Shown: one piece after another, positions 1 through 11,828 of the stretch | How the letters are laid out: each line of letters starts with the position of its first letter | Position numbering within the stretch: position 1 is the stretch's first letter | NCBI GenBank assembly: GCA_963726755.1 | Contig: CAVSDB010000001.1 | Span: forward strand, 1,341,225 to 1,405,224 | DNA from: an uncultured Actinomycetota bacterium | Lineage (GTDB): Bacteria; Actinomycetota; Actinomycetes; JAHEKZ01 | DNA: 64,000 bases | Direction of reading: 5' to 3' | Program-made: the position numbers and the translations under genes | Notes under the pieces: model-generated | The model's database searches: none | Told to the model about the DNA's origin: nothing | What the model saw: only the letters and a program-made list of their open reading frames with translations

Positions 1-407
1 GCCACTGGAAACGTCCTGCATTTCCGCAGCGATCTTGATCCCGGTATCGGACTTCGCCTGCGCCGCCGCCAATGCGATCAAGTTCACTGCGTCGTATGAC
101 TCAGGGGCGTAGGAGTAGCCAACGTCGGGAAGGCTTGAGTCAATGGCATTCAACTCGTCCTTGAAGTCCGCCGTGGTGGGGGCGCCTGGAAGGCTGCCCT
201 GCACGCCGGTCATGGTTCCTGCAGGAAGCTTGCCGATCGGCCCAGTTCCCACGTTTCCGTCGACTAGGTACAACGGCGTGCCAGTCGATGCTGGCGCAGC
301 GGCGGAACTGGAACTACCGGAGTCATCACTGCCGCCACAGGCAGCCAAAATGAGTCCAGCGACACCAGCCACCGCAACGAGTCGCCATGTGGCGTTCGTA
401 CGGATCA
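1..407 (-). CDS. ABC-transporter-type substrate-binding lipoprotein, N-terminal portion (continues past window start)
   Basis: Reverse-strand frame open to the window edge, so absent from the ORF track. ATG near 405-407 has AAGGAG 7 nt upstream. N-terminus MIRTNATWRLVAVAGVAGLILAACGGSDDSGSSSS is a signal peptide plus lipobox, followed by periplasmic-binding-protein-like sequence. Confidence 0.45.
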
Positions 408-656
408 TTCAGTACTCCTTGCCGATCGGGTCCAACGACCCTCTGTTACCGGTACCGGAGGGATCCGGCACGTATGTTGATCGGAACCTAGTGGGTCTAC
501 CAGCCTCGACGCAGCCCTTGACCCCGTGTCGGAACCGGGTCGTTGTGCCATCGTGACCTTGCTAGTGGGTGATTCGAGTCGGTTCGGGGACTACCCATAG
601 AATCTGGCGCAGATTCAGGCGACCCGTCCGCCTTGGCACGCGGGTCGGCTGATTAC

Positions 657-733
657 GCCCCTGTAGACCAACCGGCAGAGTCGGTGGACTCAAAATCCAT
701 ACAGTGTGGGTTCGACTCCCACCGGGGGCACCG
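657..733 (+). tRNA. tRNA-like gene, 74-nt class-I cloverleaf; anticodon reads CAA, which is atypical for a short variable arm, so possibly a degenerate or pseudo-tRNA
   Basis: Hand-folded. Acceptor stem GCCCCTG/CGGGGGC (one G-U). T arm GTGGG-TTCGACT-CCCAC with canonical TTCGA and G53-C61. D loop has A14, G18G19 and A21. Anticodon stem GTGGA/TCCAT with loop CTCAAAA. No encoded CCA. Confidence 0.45.
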
Positions 734-783
734 CCCGGAACCTTCGAGGTTCGGCAGCTAGAGGTTCGGCGGCTGGAGGTTCA

Positions 784-1437
784 ATGCACGGCTTCACCGA
801 AGTGGCCGTGCGGTTGCGCTCCCCGCGGTCGGCCGCGATAGCCGGCATTGCGTTCGGTTTGATCCTCGGAACCGTCATCGTCTTGCTTCGGACGTCGGTG
901 ACCCACTTCACTGACGATCCGTCGAATTGGCTCAATGCGCCCTCGGGTCGAGGAACCGTGACCTTGGCCATGAACCTCATTCCGTTCGCCGGGATTGCGT
1001 TCTTGTGGTTCATCGGCGTGGTTCGCACCCGGCTCGGTGACTTGGAGGACCGGCTGTTCGCCACGGTGTTCCTCGGGTCAGGACTGCTCTTCGTCGCGAC
1101 GCTGTTCGTCGCCGCCGCCGCCATCGGGAGTTTGTTGGTACTCAGTGCCCATGGTGAGGCCCCCAGCGCCGACACTCAGCGCTTCGTCGGAGCATTCGTC
1201 GGCACCCTCATGGGAGCTTTCGGTGCGCGAATGGCAGCGGTGTTCACGTTGACGGTGACGACTCTCGGCTGGCGCACCCGGTTGATTCCCCCTTGGTTGG
1301 TGACGCTGGGTTACGCCGTCGCGATCGCGCTGCTGTTGACCCCACCCGTCAGCGGATGGTCGCAATTGTTATTTCCCTGGCTGGGTGCTGCTCCTGAGTT
1401 GCCACCTGCTGTACGTCTCGCTGCGGGACGGCGATAA
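784..1437 (+). CDS. hypothetical polytopic membrane protein
   Basis: Track ORF 706..1437, trimmed to the internal Met (MHGFTEV) to clear the tRNA-like element. Several hydrophobic helices. Stop overlaps the next start (TAATG). Confidence 0.45.
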   Translation: MHGFTEVAVRLRSPRSAAIAGIAFGLILGTVIVLLRTSVTHFTDDPSNWLNAPSGRGTVTLAMNLIPFAGIAFLWFIGVVRTRLGDLEDRLFATVFLGSGLLFVATLFVAAAAIGSLLVLSAHGEAPSADTQRFVGAFVGTLMGAFGARMAAVFTLTVTTLGWRTRLIPPWLVTLGYAVAIALLLTPPVSGWSQLLFPWLGAAPELPPAVRLAAGRR

Positions 1438-2124
1438 TGCCAACCCCGTCGGCGGATACTGTGACGTCCGCCGAGAGCATGGTGCGCGGTGAGCGTCGAT
1501 GGCCAATGGCGCTCGCGGTCATCACCGTCGGAGTCCTCCAGCAACTGCTGCCCGAAGACTTCCGAACCGCGCCGTTCTTGTTCTACCTCTACCCGATCGT
1601 GCTGACTGGGTTTCTCATCGTGCTTGATGATCGGTGACCCAGGACGGATCGACCGCGACCGCCGATGGTTACGCATCACATCGGCCTCGCTGGTCGCATT
1701 CCTCACTTTTGGCACGGCCCTAGCCACGGTACGGCTGGTCCTCGGAATCGTCCGGAACGCCTCATTCGCCAGTGCAGGCCAACTGTTGACGATCGGCGCG
1801 ATCGTCTGGGTGACCAACGTCATCGCGTTCGCGCTCTGGTACTGGGACATGGATTCCGGCGGACCTGCTGCTCGGGCGATCGGCAGGACCGACGTGAGGC
1901 CGTCGTTCGTGTTTCCTGAAATGTCGCTGCCAGAACTGGTCGGCCCAGGCTGGTACCCACACTTCGTCGACTATCTGGCGCTGTCGTTCAACACCGGACT
2001 GGCCTTCAGCCCAACGGACGTTTCAGCGATCCGACGTTGGGCCAAGGTCCTCATGATTTTGGAGTCCATGATCTCCCTGACGCTCGCCGCCCTCGTCCTC
2101 GCGCGAGCCATCAACATCCTCTAA
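1437..2124 (+). pseudogene. conserved membrane protein (DUF1345-like), reading frame broken once near 1630
   Basis: Track ORFs 1437..1637 and 1624..2124 are the N- and C-terminal parts of one membrane protein in different frames. Confidence 0.4.
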
Positions 2125-2544
2125 ATCTCGTACGTGTCGTTCGAGTTCTGGCTTCACGTCGATCAACCGTCCGAGCAGGCCGTTGACGAAGCCCGGCGAC
2201 TCATCGGTGGACAAGTCTTTCGCGAGTTCGACTGCCTCATCGACGGCGACCGCATCGGGTACGTCGTCGGACCACAAGATCTCGTAGACCCCGATCCGCA
2301 AGACTGCGCGATCGACCGCAGGCATCCGCTCGAGCGGCCAGTCGACGGAGTGTTCTTGCAGCCAGACGTCGATCTCTGACTGATGCGCGACGACGCCCTC
2401 GACCAGTTCGATCGAGTAGGGGCTGACCACCGCATCACCGCGGCTCTGTCGCTGTTCGAGTACCTCAGTTGGTGTCCGACGGCGTTGGTCTGCCTCGAAG
2501 AGCACGTCCACCGCGCGCTTGCGGGCCTTGCTGCGTGCACCCAC
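2023..2544 (-). CDS. nusB: transcription antitermination factor NusB (with acidic C-terminal extension)
   Basis: Track ORF, 173 aa. N-terminal region KARKRAVDVLFEAD...PYSIELVEGV and position directly downstream of efp are typical for NusB. Confidence 0.8.
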   Translation of the reverse strand: MGARSKARKRAVDVLFEADQRRRTPTEVLEQRQSRGDAVVSPYSIELVEGVVAHQSEIDVWLQEHSVDWPLERMPAVDRAVLRIGVYEILWSDDVPDAVAVDEAVELAKDLSTDESPGFVNGLLGRLIDVKPELERHVRDLEDVDGSREDEGGERQGDHGLQNHEDLGPTSDR

Positions 2545-2546
2545 GG

Positions 2547-3107
2547 TTAGTTGGCGCGCCCGAGGTAACTGCCGTCACGCGTATCGACCCTTACCTTCTC
2601 GTCGGGACCGATGAAGAGCGGAACCGCGATCTCATAACCGGTTTCAAGAGTGGCGGGCTTAGTGCCACCGGTCGAGCGATCCCCCTGCATGCCAGGTTCG
2701 GTGTAGGTGATGGTCAGCTCGACGGACGCGGGAAGCTCAATGTAGAGCGGGTTGCCATCGTTGGTCGCAACGACCGCCATTTGGCTCTCGAGCATGAAGT
2801 TTCGGGCATCGCCCACCGTTGCGGCTGGTACATGCAACTGGTCGTAAGTACCGGTATCCATGAACACGAAGTCGTCGCCATCGGCGTAGAGATACTGCAT
2901 CTCTCGCTTGTCCACGTTGGCGGTTTCGACCTTGACCCCGGCGTTGAACGTCTTTTCAACGACCTTGCCCGACAGCACGTTCTTCAACTTGGTACGAACG
3001 AACGCGCCGCCTTTACCGGGCTTCACGTGCTGGAACTCGACGACGGCCCACAACTGGCCGTCGATCCTGAGCACCAGGCCGTTCTTCAGATCGTTACTTG
3101 TTGCCAC
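2547..3107 (-). CDS. efp: elongation factor P
   Basis: Track ORF, 186 aa. [15 protein letters not shown] motif. GTG start. Confidence 0.95.
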   Translation of the reverse strand: MATSNDLKNGLVLRIDGQLWAVVEFQHVKPGKGGAFVRTKLKNVLSGKVVEKTFNAGVKVETANVDKREMQYLYADGDDFVFMDTGTYDQLHVPAATVGDARNFMLESQMAVVATNDGNPLYIELPASVELTITYTEPGMQGDRSTGGTKPATLETGYEIAVPLFIGPDEKVRVDTRDGSYLGRAN

Positions 3108-3140
3108 GTGCTGTCGTCTCCTGAGGTGTGGTCACGGGCG

Positions 3141-4223
3141 TCAGTCGAGGACCAACAATTCCCGGGAGGTGTTCGTCAATACTTCGACCCGGTCGTGATG
3201 AACGACGACGGTGTCCTCGATTCGCACTCCGCCGCGCCCGGCAAGGTAGATGCCGGGCTCAACCGTCACCGGGACGGCTGCTGCCAGTCTATCGGCTGAG
3301 TTTCGCCCCAAGAATGGCGCCTCGTGGATGCGCAGCCCGACTCCGTGCCCCAAACCGTGACCGAACGCGTCGCCGAAACCTGCTTGTTCGATAACCGAAC
3401 GGGCGGCATGGTCGACATCGGCTGCCGCAGCGGTGGCCGTCAGGGCGGCACGTCCGGCCGCTTGCGCCTCAGCTACCACGGCGTAGATCTCCGATTGCCA
3501 ATCGCTGGGTCCTCGACCGACTAATACCGTGCGCGTCATATCAGCGTGGTACCCGGCGACCCGGCCCCCGAAGTCCATCTTGAGAAGGTCGCCGCGCTCG
3601 ACTTCTCGCTCGGTCGGGCTGTGGTGGGGAATCGCGCTGTTCTCCCCTGTCGCCACGATGGTTTCGAAGGCCGGTTCATCTCCGGTGAGATCACGAAGCG
3701 CATCGTCCAACCAACGAGCGATCTGGCGTTCCGTCACGCCAGGATGTACCTGCGGTAACACCAGCGCCAATGCTTGGTCAGTCGCCGCACACGCTTGGCG
3801 CAGATACGACAACTCGGTTTCGTCTTTCACCATGCGCTGCTCGGTCACGAGACCGCCGACCGGTATCAACTCGCAAGAACTCGTGGCAGCCAACTCGGCG
3901 AACTCACGAACGGAAAGGGCCTCGTCCTCGAATCCCACCGTCGAGTGTCCTTGACCGGCCGCCAGCGCAATCAGGGCTGCCGCACATTCACGAGTGATGA
4001 CGCTCGGTACGTCAGGGCATTGCTCGCTGGCCGGGATCTCGTAGCGAGAATCGGTTGCCAGCGTGCTGCCCCCGTCTGCCAGCAACATGAACGCGCCATT
4101 GGATCCGGTGAAGCCCGTTAAGTGTTGAACATTAACCAGATCGGTGACGAGAACGGCCGACATGTCTCGAGAAACCATTGCTGCGGCCAGCCGCTGTCGT
4201 CGCGCGTTCTCGATGTCAGGCAC
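3141..4223 (-). CDS. pepQ: Xaa-Pro aminopeptidase/dipeptidase, M24 family
   Basis: Track ORF, 360 aa. HGLGHGVGLRIHEAPFLG metal-binding motif. Conserved position between efp and aroQ. Confidence 0.85.
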   Translation of the reverse strand: MPDIENARRQRLAAAMVSRDMSAVLVTDLVNVQHLTGFTGSNGAFMLLADGGSTLATDSRYEIPASEQCPDVPSVITRECAAALIALAAGQGHSTVGFEDEALSVREFAELAATSSCELIPVGGLVTEQRMVKDETELSYLRQACAATDQALALVLPQVHPGVTERQIARWLDDALRDLTGDEPAFETIVATGENSAIPHHSPTEREVERGDLLKMDFGGRVAGYHADMTRTVLVGRGPSDWQSEIYAVVAEAQAAGRAALTATAAAADVDHAARSVIEQAGFGDAFGHGLGHGVGLRIHEAPFLGRNSADRLAAAVPVTVEPGIYLAGRGGVRIEDTVVVHHDRVEVLTNTSRELLVLD

Positions 4224-4253
4224 TAGGCGACGGTAGCAGCGGTCGAGTCAGTC

Positions 4254-6309
<2,056 letters not shown>

Positions 6310-6316
6310 GACGAAG

Positions 6317-7495
6317 TTAGCGGACGCGCAAATGTTGGAGGTACGAGTCGACGTTGCGTCGTGTCTCATCCACCGAGTCGCCGCCGAATTTCTCCATCAC
6401 CGCATCTGCCACGACGAGAGCGACCATCGCTTCGGCGACGATCGCCGCAGCGGGAACAGCGCAAACATCTGATCGTTGGTTGATCGCCTTTGCCGGTTCC
6501 CCCGTAACCACGTCCAAGGTCGACAACGCTCGCGGCACCGTTGAGATGGGTTTCATCGCGGCCCGAGCCCGAAGTACCTCGCCTGTGGTCATACCTCCTT
6601 CGGTGCCGCCCGAGTGGCCAGAGGTGCGCCGGACTTCTTCGATTGTTCCGGTGATCTCGTCCTGCGCCAGCGAGCCAGGAACTCCAGCGAGGGCAAACCC
6701 ATCACCAACCTCAACGCCCTTGATGGCTTGAATACCCATCAACGCCGCCGCGAGTCTCGAGTCGAGCCGACGATCCCAGTGCACATGACTACCTAGCCCT
6801 GGTGGCAGGCCGTAAACGAGTACCTCTACTACGCCGCCGAGCGTGTCGCCAGCCTTCTTGGTGGCATCGATCTCCGCCACCATTGCTGCACTCGCCGTCG
6901 AATCGAAACAACGCACCGGATCTTCATCGACGACACTCAGATCACCGGGACCGGGGATGATCCCATCGGGCGCCGTGACCGTTCCGATCTGCACGACGTG
7001 GCTGACGACGTCGGCGCCAACCGTGAGTCGCAGCAGTGACTTCGCGACACTGCCAAGTGCCACCCTGGCAGCGGTTTCGCGGGCACTCGCCCGCTCAAGT
7101 ACTGGGCGTGCATCGTCAAACCCGTACTTCTGCATACCGACCAAGTCGGCGTGACCGGGCCGAGGTCGGGTCAGTGGGGCGTTGCGTGCTTGTTCGCTGA
7201 GCACAGCTTCGTCGACCGGATCGGCCGACATCACGGTCTCCCACTTGGGCCATTCGGTGTTGCCGACCTCGAGCGCTATCGGTCCGCCCATCGTCAGGCC
7301 GTGTCGGACTCCGCCAAGGATGCGGACCTCGTCCTGCTCGAACGCCATCCGAGCGCCACGCCCGTAACCCAAACGTCGGCGAGCCAACTCACCTTGGATT
7401 TGGGGCGTCGTAACGATGACGCCGGCGGGGACTCCCTCGACGATCGCTGAAAGTGCGGGACCGTGAGACTCACCCGCAGTCAGCCATCGAAGCAT
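6317..7495 (-). CDS. aroC: chorismate synthase
   Basis: Track ORF, 392 aa. [16 protein letters not shown]-terminus. Confidence 0.95.
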   Translation of the reverse strand: MLRWLTAGESHGPALSAIVEGVPAGVIVTTPQIQGELARRRLGYGRGARMAFEQDEVRILGGVRHGLTMGGPIALEVGNTEWPKWETVMSADPVDEAVLSEQARNAPLTRPRPGHADLVGMQKYGFDDARPVLERASARETAARVALGSVAKSLLRLTVGADVVSHVVQIGTVTAPDGIIPGPGDLSVVDEDPVRCFDSTASAAMVAEIDATKKAGDTLGGVVEVLVYGLPPGLGSHVHWDRRLDSRLAAALMGIQAIKGVEVGDGFALAGVPGSLAQDEITGTIEEVRRTSGHSGGTEGGMTTGEVLRARAAMKPISTVPRALSTLDVVTGEPAKAINQRSDVCAVPAAAIVAEAMVALVVADAVMEKFGGDSVDETRRNVDSYLQHLRVR

Positions 7496-7514
7496 GCGGC
7501 CAGTCTCCCAGACA

Positions 7515-7563
7515 GAAGGCGTAGAAAAGCGGCCGGGTGCTTCGTGTCGAAGCTCCCGGCCGC
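7515..7563 (-). terminator. rho-independent terminator closing the pilus operon
   Basis: On the minus strand: GGCGGCCGGG-(18 nt loop)-CCCGGCCGC followed by TTTTCT. Sits between the 7580 gene stop and the aroC start. Confidence 0.5.
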
Positions 7564-7579
7564 CTTAGCTAGTTGCGGT

Positions 7580-8260
7580 TTATTGCTGGCCGAACACCAT
7601 TCCGGCTCCCACGTTCAAGATGACCACCATGCCGCTCCCGTACTGGATTCGGGCGGAGTCCGAGTTCACACCGATCAACTGGAGTGGCCCAGTCTTCGAG
7701 TCGGGGAAGTTGTCTCCAGAAGACACGTCCTGGTCAAGTCCATTGACCTTGAACTTGGCCGTGCCTTTATTGGAGTTCACCGAAACCAACAGGACTTGGT
7801 AGGTGGTCGCTGTGCCCGTGCCGGTTGTGGTGCCGGATTGGGTACCCGTCGATGACGTGTCAGTCGACGTGCCGGTTTGGGTACCAGTTGACGTGTCAGT
7901 TGACGAGGCATCGCCCGTTGGGTCGGCTGGTGTGGTCACCAGTGCTTCAGCCGCAAGCGGCTTGAACGGGTCAACGCCTACCTTGAAGTTGTTCTGAACG
8001 TGCTTGGGGACGTGCTGGCCGTTGTTCCCTTGACCGGTCGCTTGGGTGGGCTGGCCAGTGGGCTGAGAACTCGGGACAGCGCCCAGTTGCTCGTCGGTTC
8101 CTCCCCCAGACAGGAAGAGGAAGTAGGCCGCAGCTCCGACGACGAGAACACCAGCCACAGCGGCGATGATCACCAGCAGTCGGCGGTTGCCTCCCTCGGG
8201 GCCATTGGGCGGACCCGCAATAAAGTCCTCAACAGGGGCTCCCTGCAGTGTGTCAGACAT
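7580..8260 (-). CDS. membrane-anchored pilus-assembly-associated protein (PilP-like candidate)
   Basis: Track ORF, 226 aa. One N-terminal transmembrane helix, a Thr/Gly/Ser-rich linker and a C-terminal beta-rich domain. Last gene of the pilM-pilN-pilO operon. Confidence 0.45.
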   Translation of the reverse strand: MSDTLQGAPVEDFIAGPPNGPEGGNRRLLVIIAAVAGVLVVGAAAYFLFLSGGGTDEQLGAVPSSQPTGQPTQATGQGNNGQHVPKHVQNNFKVGVDPFKPLAAEALVTTPADPTGDASSTDTSTGTQTGTSTDTSSTGTQSGTTTGTGTATTYQVLLVSVNSNKGTAKFKVNGLDQDVSSGDNFPDSKTGPLQLIGVNSDSARIQYGSGMVVILNVGAGMVFGQQ

Positions 8261-8294
8261 GACGCTCCTCGTTCCTACTTCGAAACAGTCGTGG

Positions 8295-9008
8295 TCAGGC
8301 CGCGGGAGCGGCAGTCGTTGAACCGTCAGTGGTCGTCGTGCCGGTCGTGGTGGCTGTCGCCTCCGGCATGAAGAACACCCTGATCTTCAGCGTCGCTTCG
8401 AGCGGGTTACGACCACTGGCGCAGACTCGAGCGTCACACTCGGCGACGGTCATGTCAGTGACGAGCACGTAGCGCTGCATCTTCTCCAGCGAGTTCAGAT
8501 ATCGCTGGATCTGGAAGTAGCCACCGTCCACCACAAGTTCGCTATCCACTGCGGACATCCCGGTGCTCGGCACAGTCGGCGCGACTGGCGGAGTTGTCGT
8601 CGTCCCAGTGGCCGAAGTCGGCGCGGTCGTCGTCGGCGCTAACGGTGCACCAGCGGCGAGCGCGACCGGAGCCGTCGGTGTCATCGAAACGATGAGCACG
8701 TCCGAGTCGTAGCTGTTCGTAGTGAGCGAGCGGACCAGCGGAGGCATGTCCACTTCTTGCGGGATCCGGGACTGCAATTCCGCGAGAAGTGCCTGCTGCT
8801 CAGGAAGGTCCTTCTTCTGGTCCTTGAGCACGTCCGTAGTGGTCTGCAGCGCATCGTTCTTTGCCAACTGTGCGTCGGCTTGCGCCTGCACGTCGGCCGC
8901 GTCAGTCCGCTTGGGCGAGATCAGCAGAAACCAACTACCTGCCAGGAGCGCGATTGCGGCGACTAGGGCGCCCGCGACCCACTTCTGTGCGATGGTCATC
9001 TCACTCAC
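8295..9008 (-). CDS. pilO: type IV pilus assembly protein PilO-like
   Basis: Track ORF, 237 aa. N-terminal transmembrane helix then a coiled-coil region. Directly follows the pilN-like gene with overlapping stop/start. Confidence 0.55.
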   Translation of the reverse strand: MSEMTIAQKWVAGALVAAIALLAGSWFLLISPKRTDAADVQAQADAQLAKNDALQTTTDVLKDQKKDLPEQQALLAELQSRIPQEVDMPPLVRSLTTNSYDSDVLIVSMTPTAPVALAAGAPLAPTTTAPTSATGTTTTPPVAPTVPSTGMSAVDSELVVDGGYFQIQRYLNSLEKMQRYVLVTDMTVAECDARVCASGRNPLEATLKIRVFFMPEATATTTGTTTTDGSTTAAPAA

Positions 9009-9699
9009 CTTCCAGAACTTGCTCGTAGCGATTCGATGCCGCTTCGAGCGATAGCGTTTCGCCTGAGTCCACCGTGTAAACGCGTCCGGCGGTCTCGGTG
9101 CCCGTGTCGAGAACAGCCGACGTCAACGTCGAGGTTCCGTACGAGTCTTGTCCGGTCAAGGAGTTAAGCCAGGTGGCAATGTCCTCGAACTTGTGGACCT
9201 TGCCCTCGAAGGTGACAGTCCCCATCGTTTCCACCGTTGTCGTGTCGACGGTGGTTGTTGGCGCGGTTGTCGTCGCAGCGCCAACCTGAGCGCCAGCCGC
9301 CGTGTTGGTCGCCGACCAACTCACCAGCCGCGAGGTACTCGGGATGGCCAAGCTCATGTCGTTCATGAGATAGGAGAAGCGGATTTCCGGGGTCATCGCA
9401 GTGACGAGTGCGTCCTGGGCACTCTTAACCTGCGCCTGTACCTCGGGAACCTTGGCGTAGCTGTCGACTTGCTGTTGTAGCTGAACGCCTTCGGCTTGTG
9501 CGCTGGTCAGCGAGTCGTTCGCGGTTGACACCTGAGCGTTGGCCCAGGTGAAGAGCAGCCCTACCAGGCCGAGAACGGCCAGTAGCAGCACTCCCAGCAC
9601 AACCTGCAGCTTGCGAAGTCGAGCAGCTTGCTCGATCTCCGGAGGCAGCAAGTTGATGCGCGGTAGTTCGGCAACACGTGCCACGGTCAGAGTCGTCAT
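9001..9699 (-). CDS. pilN: type IV pilus assembly protein PilN-like
   Basis: Track ORF, 232 aa. Conserved LLPPE motif (INLLPPEIEQ) followed by a transmembrane helix. Confidence 0.6.
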   Translation of the reverse strand: MTTLTVARVAELPRINLLPPEIEQAARLRKLQVVLGVLLLAVLGLVGLLFTWANAQVSTANDSLTSAQAEGVQLQQQVDSYAKVPEVQAQVKSAQDALVTAMTPEIRFSYLMNDMSLAIPSTSRLVSWSATNTAAGAQVGAATTTAPTTTVDTTTVETMGTVTFEGKVHKFEDIATWLNSLTGQDSYGTSTLTSAVLDTGTETAGRVYTVDSGETLSLEAASNRYEQVLEGE

Positions 9700-10760
9700 G
9701 ACGCAGCTCCCAATGCGAGGCCAACCGGCACGGCGGCCAGGGGTTCAACGAATTCCAACTGATCGGGCGTCAGCCCGGTCTTGCCGACGACCAGGTCACC
9801 GAAAGCGGTGCCGGCCTCGACCTTGATCCGGGTTGCAGCGTGCAGGCGGTCCACCAAGCCAGTGAGACGCGAACCGCCACCGGTGAGCACGATGCGCTCG
9901 ATGGGTCGTGCGCCAGGAGAAGCGACGTAGTAGTCGAGCGAGCCGCGGACCTGATCCACGAATGTTTGACCTGCCGCGTCCATGACGCGTCCGGCGGCGA
10001 GTTGTTCGGTGTCGCTGGACGCGTCCACCATGCCCAGTTCGTGCTTGAGCGCCTCTGCTTCAGTGGCCGTGACCGCGGTGCGCTCTGCGAGAGCGTCCGT
10101 GACGTCAGCACCACCCATGAGCAGGATGCGAACGAAGCGAGGAACGCCGCCCTCGTGCACCACGATGTTCGTGACGCGCGCGCCGACGTCGACCAACGCT
10201 TCCATCTTGCCGCCCATTCCGAGGTCATCGGTCTCGGCGAGGGAACGAAGGACTGCGAAGGCAGTGAGGTCGACCATTGTCGGCGTGAGACCGGCGCCCT
10301 GTACGGCGTCCAGTTGAGCCTGGACCATGTCGCGCGATGCGGCGATGAGCAAGCCGCGCAACATCTGCGAGCCGTTCTCCGCGCTGAACTCCTCGAGCGG
10401 GTAGAAGTCAAGAAGTGCCTGGTCGACCGGCATCGGGATGGTGTCTTGGACCTGGAAGGCCAAGGAGGCACGAAGCTCATCCATGGGCTGCCAGAGCAGA
10501 TCCACCTGACGGACGATGACCTTTTGGTTAGCAACCCCGACGATCACCTTTTTGCTGGTGAACTTTGTGAGGGTCCACAACTCCTTGATGGCCTCGGTAA
10601 CGGCCTGGGCGTTGATGACCTCACCGTCACGGACTGCGCCGTCCGGCAGGGCCACCTGGCCAAATTTCTCCAGCGTGATGCCAGACTTGCCGAACGCCAG
10701 TTCCGCGGCGCGTACGCCCGAGGTACCGATGTCCAGACCGATGGCGGTTCGTGCAGCCAC
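9696..10760 (-). CDS. pilM: type IV pilus assembly ATPase-fold protein PilM
   Basis: Track ORF, 354 aa. IGLDIGTSGVRAAEL actin-like N-terminus. GTG start with GGGAAAGGGAGA ribosome-binding site. Confidence 0.85.
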   Translation of the reverse strand: MAARTAIGLDIGTSGVRAAELAFGKSGITLEKFGQVALPDGAVRDGEVINAQAVTEAIKELWTLTKFTSKKVIVGVANQKVIVRQVDLLWQPMDELRASLAFQVQDTIPMPVDQALLDFYPLEEFSAENGSQMLRGLLIAASRDMVQAQLDAVQGAGLTPTMVDLTAFAVLRSLAETDDLGMGGKMEALVDVGARVTNIVVHEGGVPRFVRILLMGGADVTDALAERTAVTATEAEALKHELGMVDASSDTEQLAAGRVMDAAGQTFVDQVRGSLDYYVASPGARPIERIVLTGGGSRLTGLVDRLHAATRIKVEAGTAFGDLVVGKTGLTPDQLEFVEPLAAVPVGLALGAAS

Positions 10761-10778
10761 GTCGTCTCCCTTTCCCGA

Positions 10779-10794
10779 GTGGCCCTAGGGCCAC
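10779..10794. promoter_or_regulatory. 16-bp perfect palindrome GTGGCCCTAGGGCCAC just upstream of the pilM ribosome-binding site (candidate operator or pilD terminator stem)
   Basis: Read directly. An adjacent GCCCTTTTGGGC mini-hairpin and CACGTG lie in the pilD-pilM intergenic region. Confidence 0.25.
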
Positions 10795-10955
10795 GTGGGT
10801 GAGCCCTTTTGGGCTATGTCTGATGGGGCATCGGCGCAGAATGACCACCGCTTGAGTCATCACACGCAAGTCGTTCGCGCAAAGTCGCGGACGACTTCGT
10901 CGCACTACGTCGAATGGGTGATACGTCGCAGCGTCGAGGCGCTCAGGGTCGCGCT

Positions 10956-11768
10956 TTAGACACCCAAGAGACCGCGATACCAGTCCCAGATTTCGCTGCC
11001 CCACACAATCGCGATGAGGGCGCCGGCCAACATGAAGGGACCAAATGGGATCTTGGTCTTTCGTCCCGCGCGCTTGAACAGCATGAGAGGGATGCTCACC
11101 AATGCACCCAGTGCGAACCCCAGAAAGCCGCCGATCAACACGAAACTCCAGCCCAGCCAACCGAGGTACAGCCCCAGGACAGCGGCAAGTTTTACGTCGC
11201 CGAGTCCCATGCCCTTTGGATAGATAAGGACGAGGACGAAGTAGAAGGCACAGAGGGCTAGACCGCCGAGCAACGCTCGTAGATACGCGTCCCAGGAGCC
11301 GTCTGCTATCGCTGGTAGTAGCAACAACAGCGCACCAACAACCATCGAGGGATACGTCAGTGCATCAGGCAGTTTGTGGGTGTCGAGGTCGATCACCGCA
11401 AGCGCAACGCCTACCGCGCCCAGGTAGAGGTAGGCGGGAAGTTCCCAGGTGATGCCGATCGAAATCGTCAGCACTACGAAGACAACCGCTGTGAGTAGCT
11501 CGACCGCTGGGTACCGAATGGAGATTGGCTCAGAACAATGGCGGCAGCGACCACGCAAGAGCAGCCAACTCAGTACCGGAACGTTGTCCCTTGCGCCGAT
11601 CTCGGTTCCGCAGCCGGGGCAGCGTGACCGTGGTCGAACCACAGACTCGCCACGCGGCACTCGGTACGCGACGACGTTAAGGAACGAACCGACCAGGAGC
11701 CCGAATATCCCTACGAAGAGCAGCGCGAGATACACCGGACCACCGTAGTGGTCGATCTGACCGGACAC
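10956..11768 (-). CDS. pilD: prepilin peptidase (A24 family)
   Basis: Track ORF, 270 aa. N-terminal CxxC...CxxC zinc motif (CPGCGTEI...CRHCSEPI) plus polytopic membrane domain with GLGDVKL. Confidence 0.85.
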   Translation of the reverse strand: MSGQIDHYGGPVYLALLFVGIFGLLVGSFLNVVAYRVPRGESVVRPRSRCPGCGTEIGARDNVPVLSWLLLRGRCRHCSEPISIRYPAVELLTAVVFVVLTISIGITWELPAYLYLGAVGVALAVIDLDTHKLPDALTYPSMVVGALLLLLPAIADGSWDAYLRALLGGLALCAFYFVLVLIYPKGMGLGDVKLAAVLGLYLGWLGWSFVLIGGFLGFALGALVSIPLMLFKRAGRKTKIPFGPFMLAGALIAIVWGSEIWDWYRGLLGV

Positions 11769-11828
11769 CGTAACTACCGTCAGTGCTTTCAGCGTGTCTC
11801 AGGAGTCGTCAGGACTGATCAGTATCTA

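Noticed and set aside
143-556. Forward ORF of 137 aa
   Set aside because: Pro/Ser/Ala-rich mirror frame of the reverse-strand lipoprotein gene (1-407). No start context.
9840-10802. 320-aa forward ORF
   Set aside because: Antisense to the well-supported pilM gene. High-GC genomes produce long spurious antisense ORFs.
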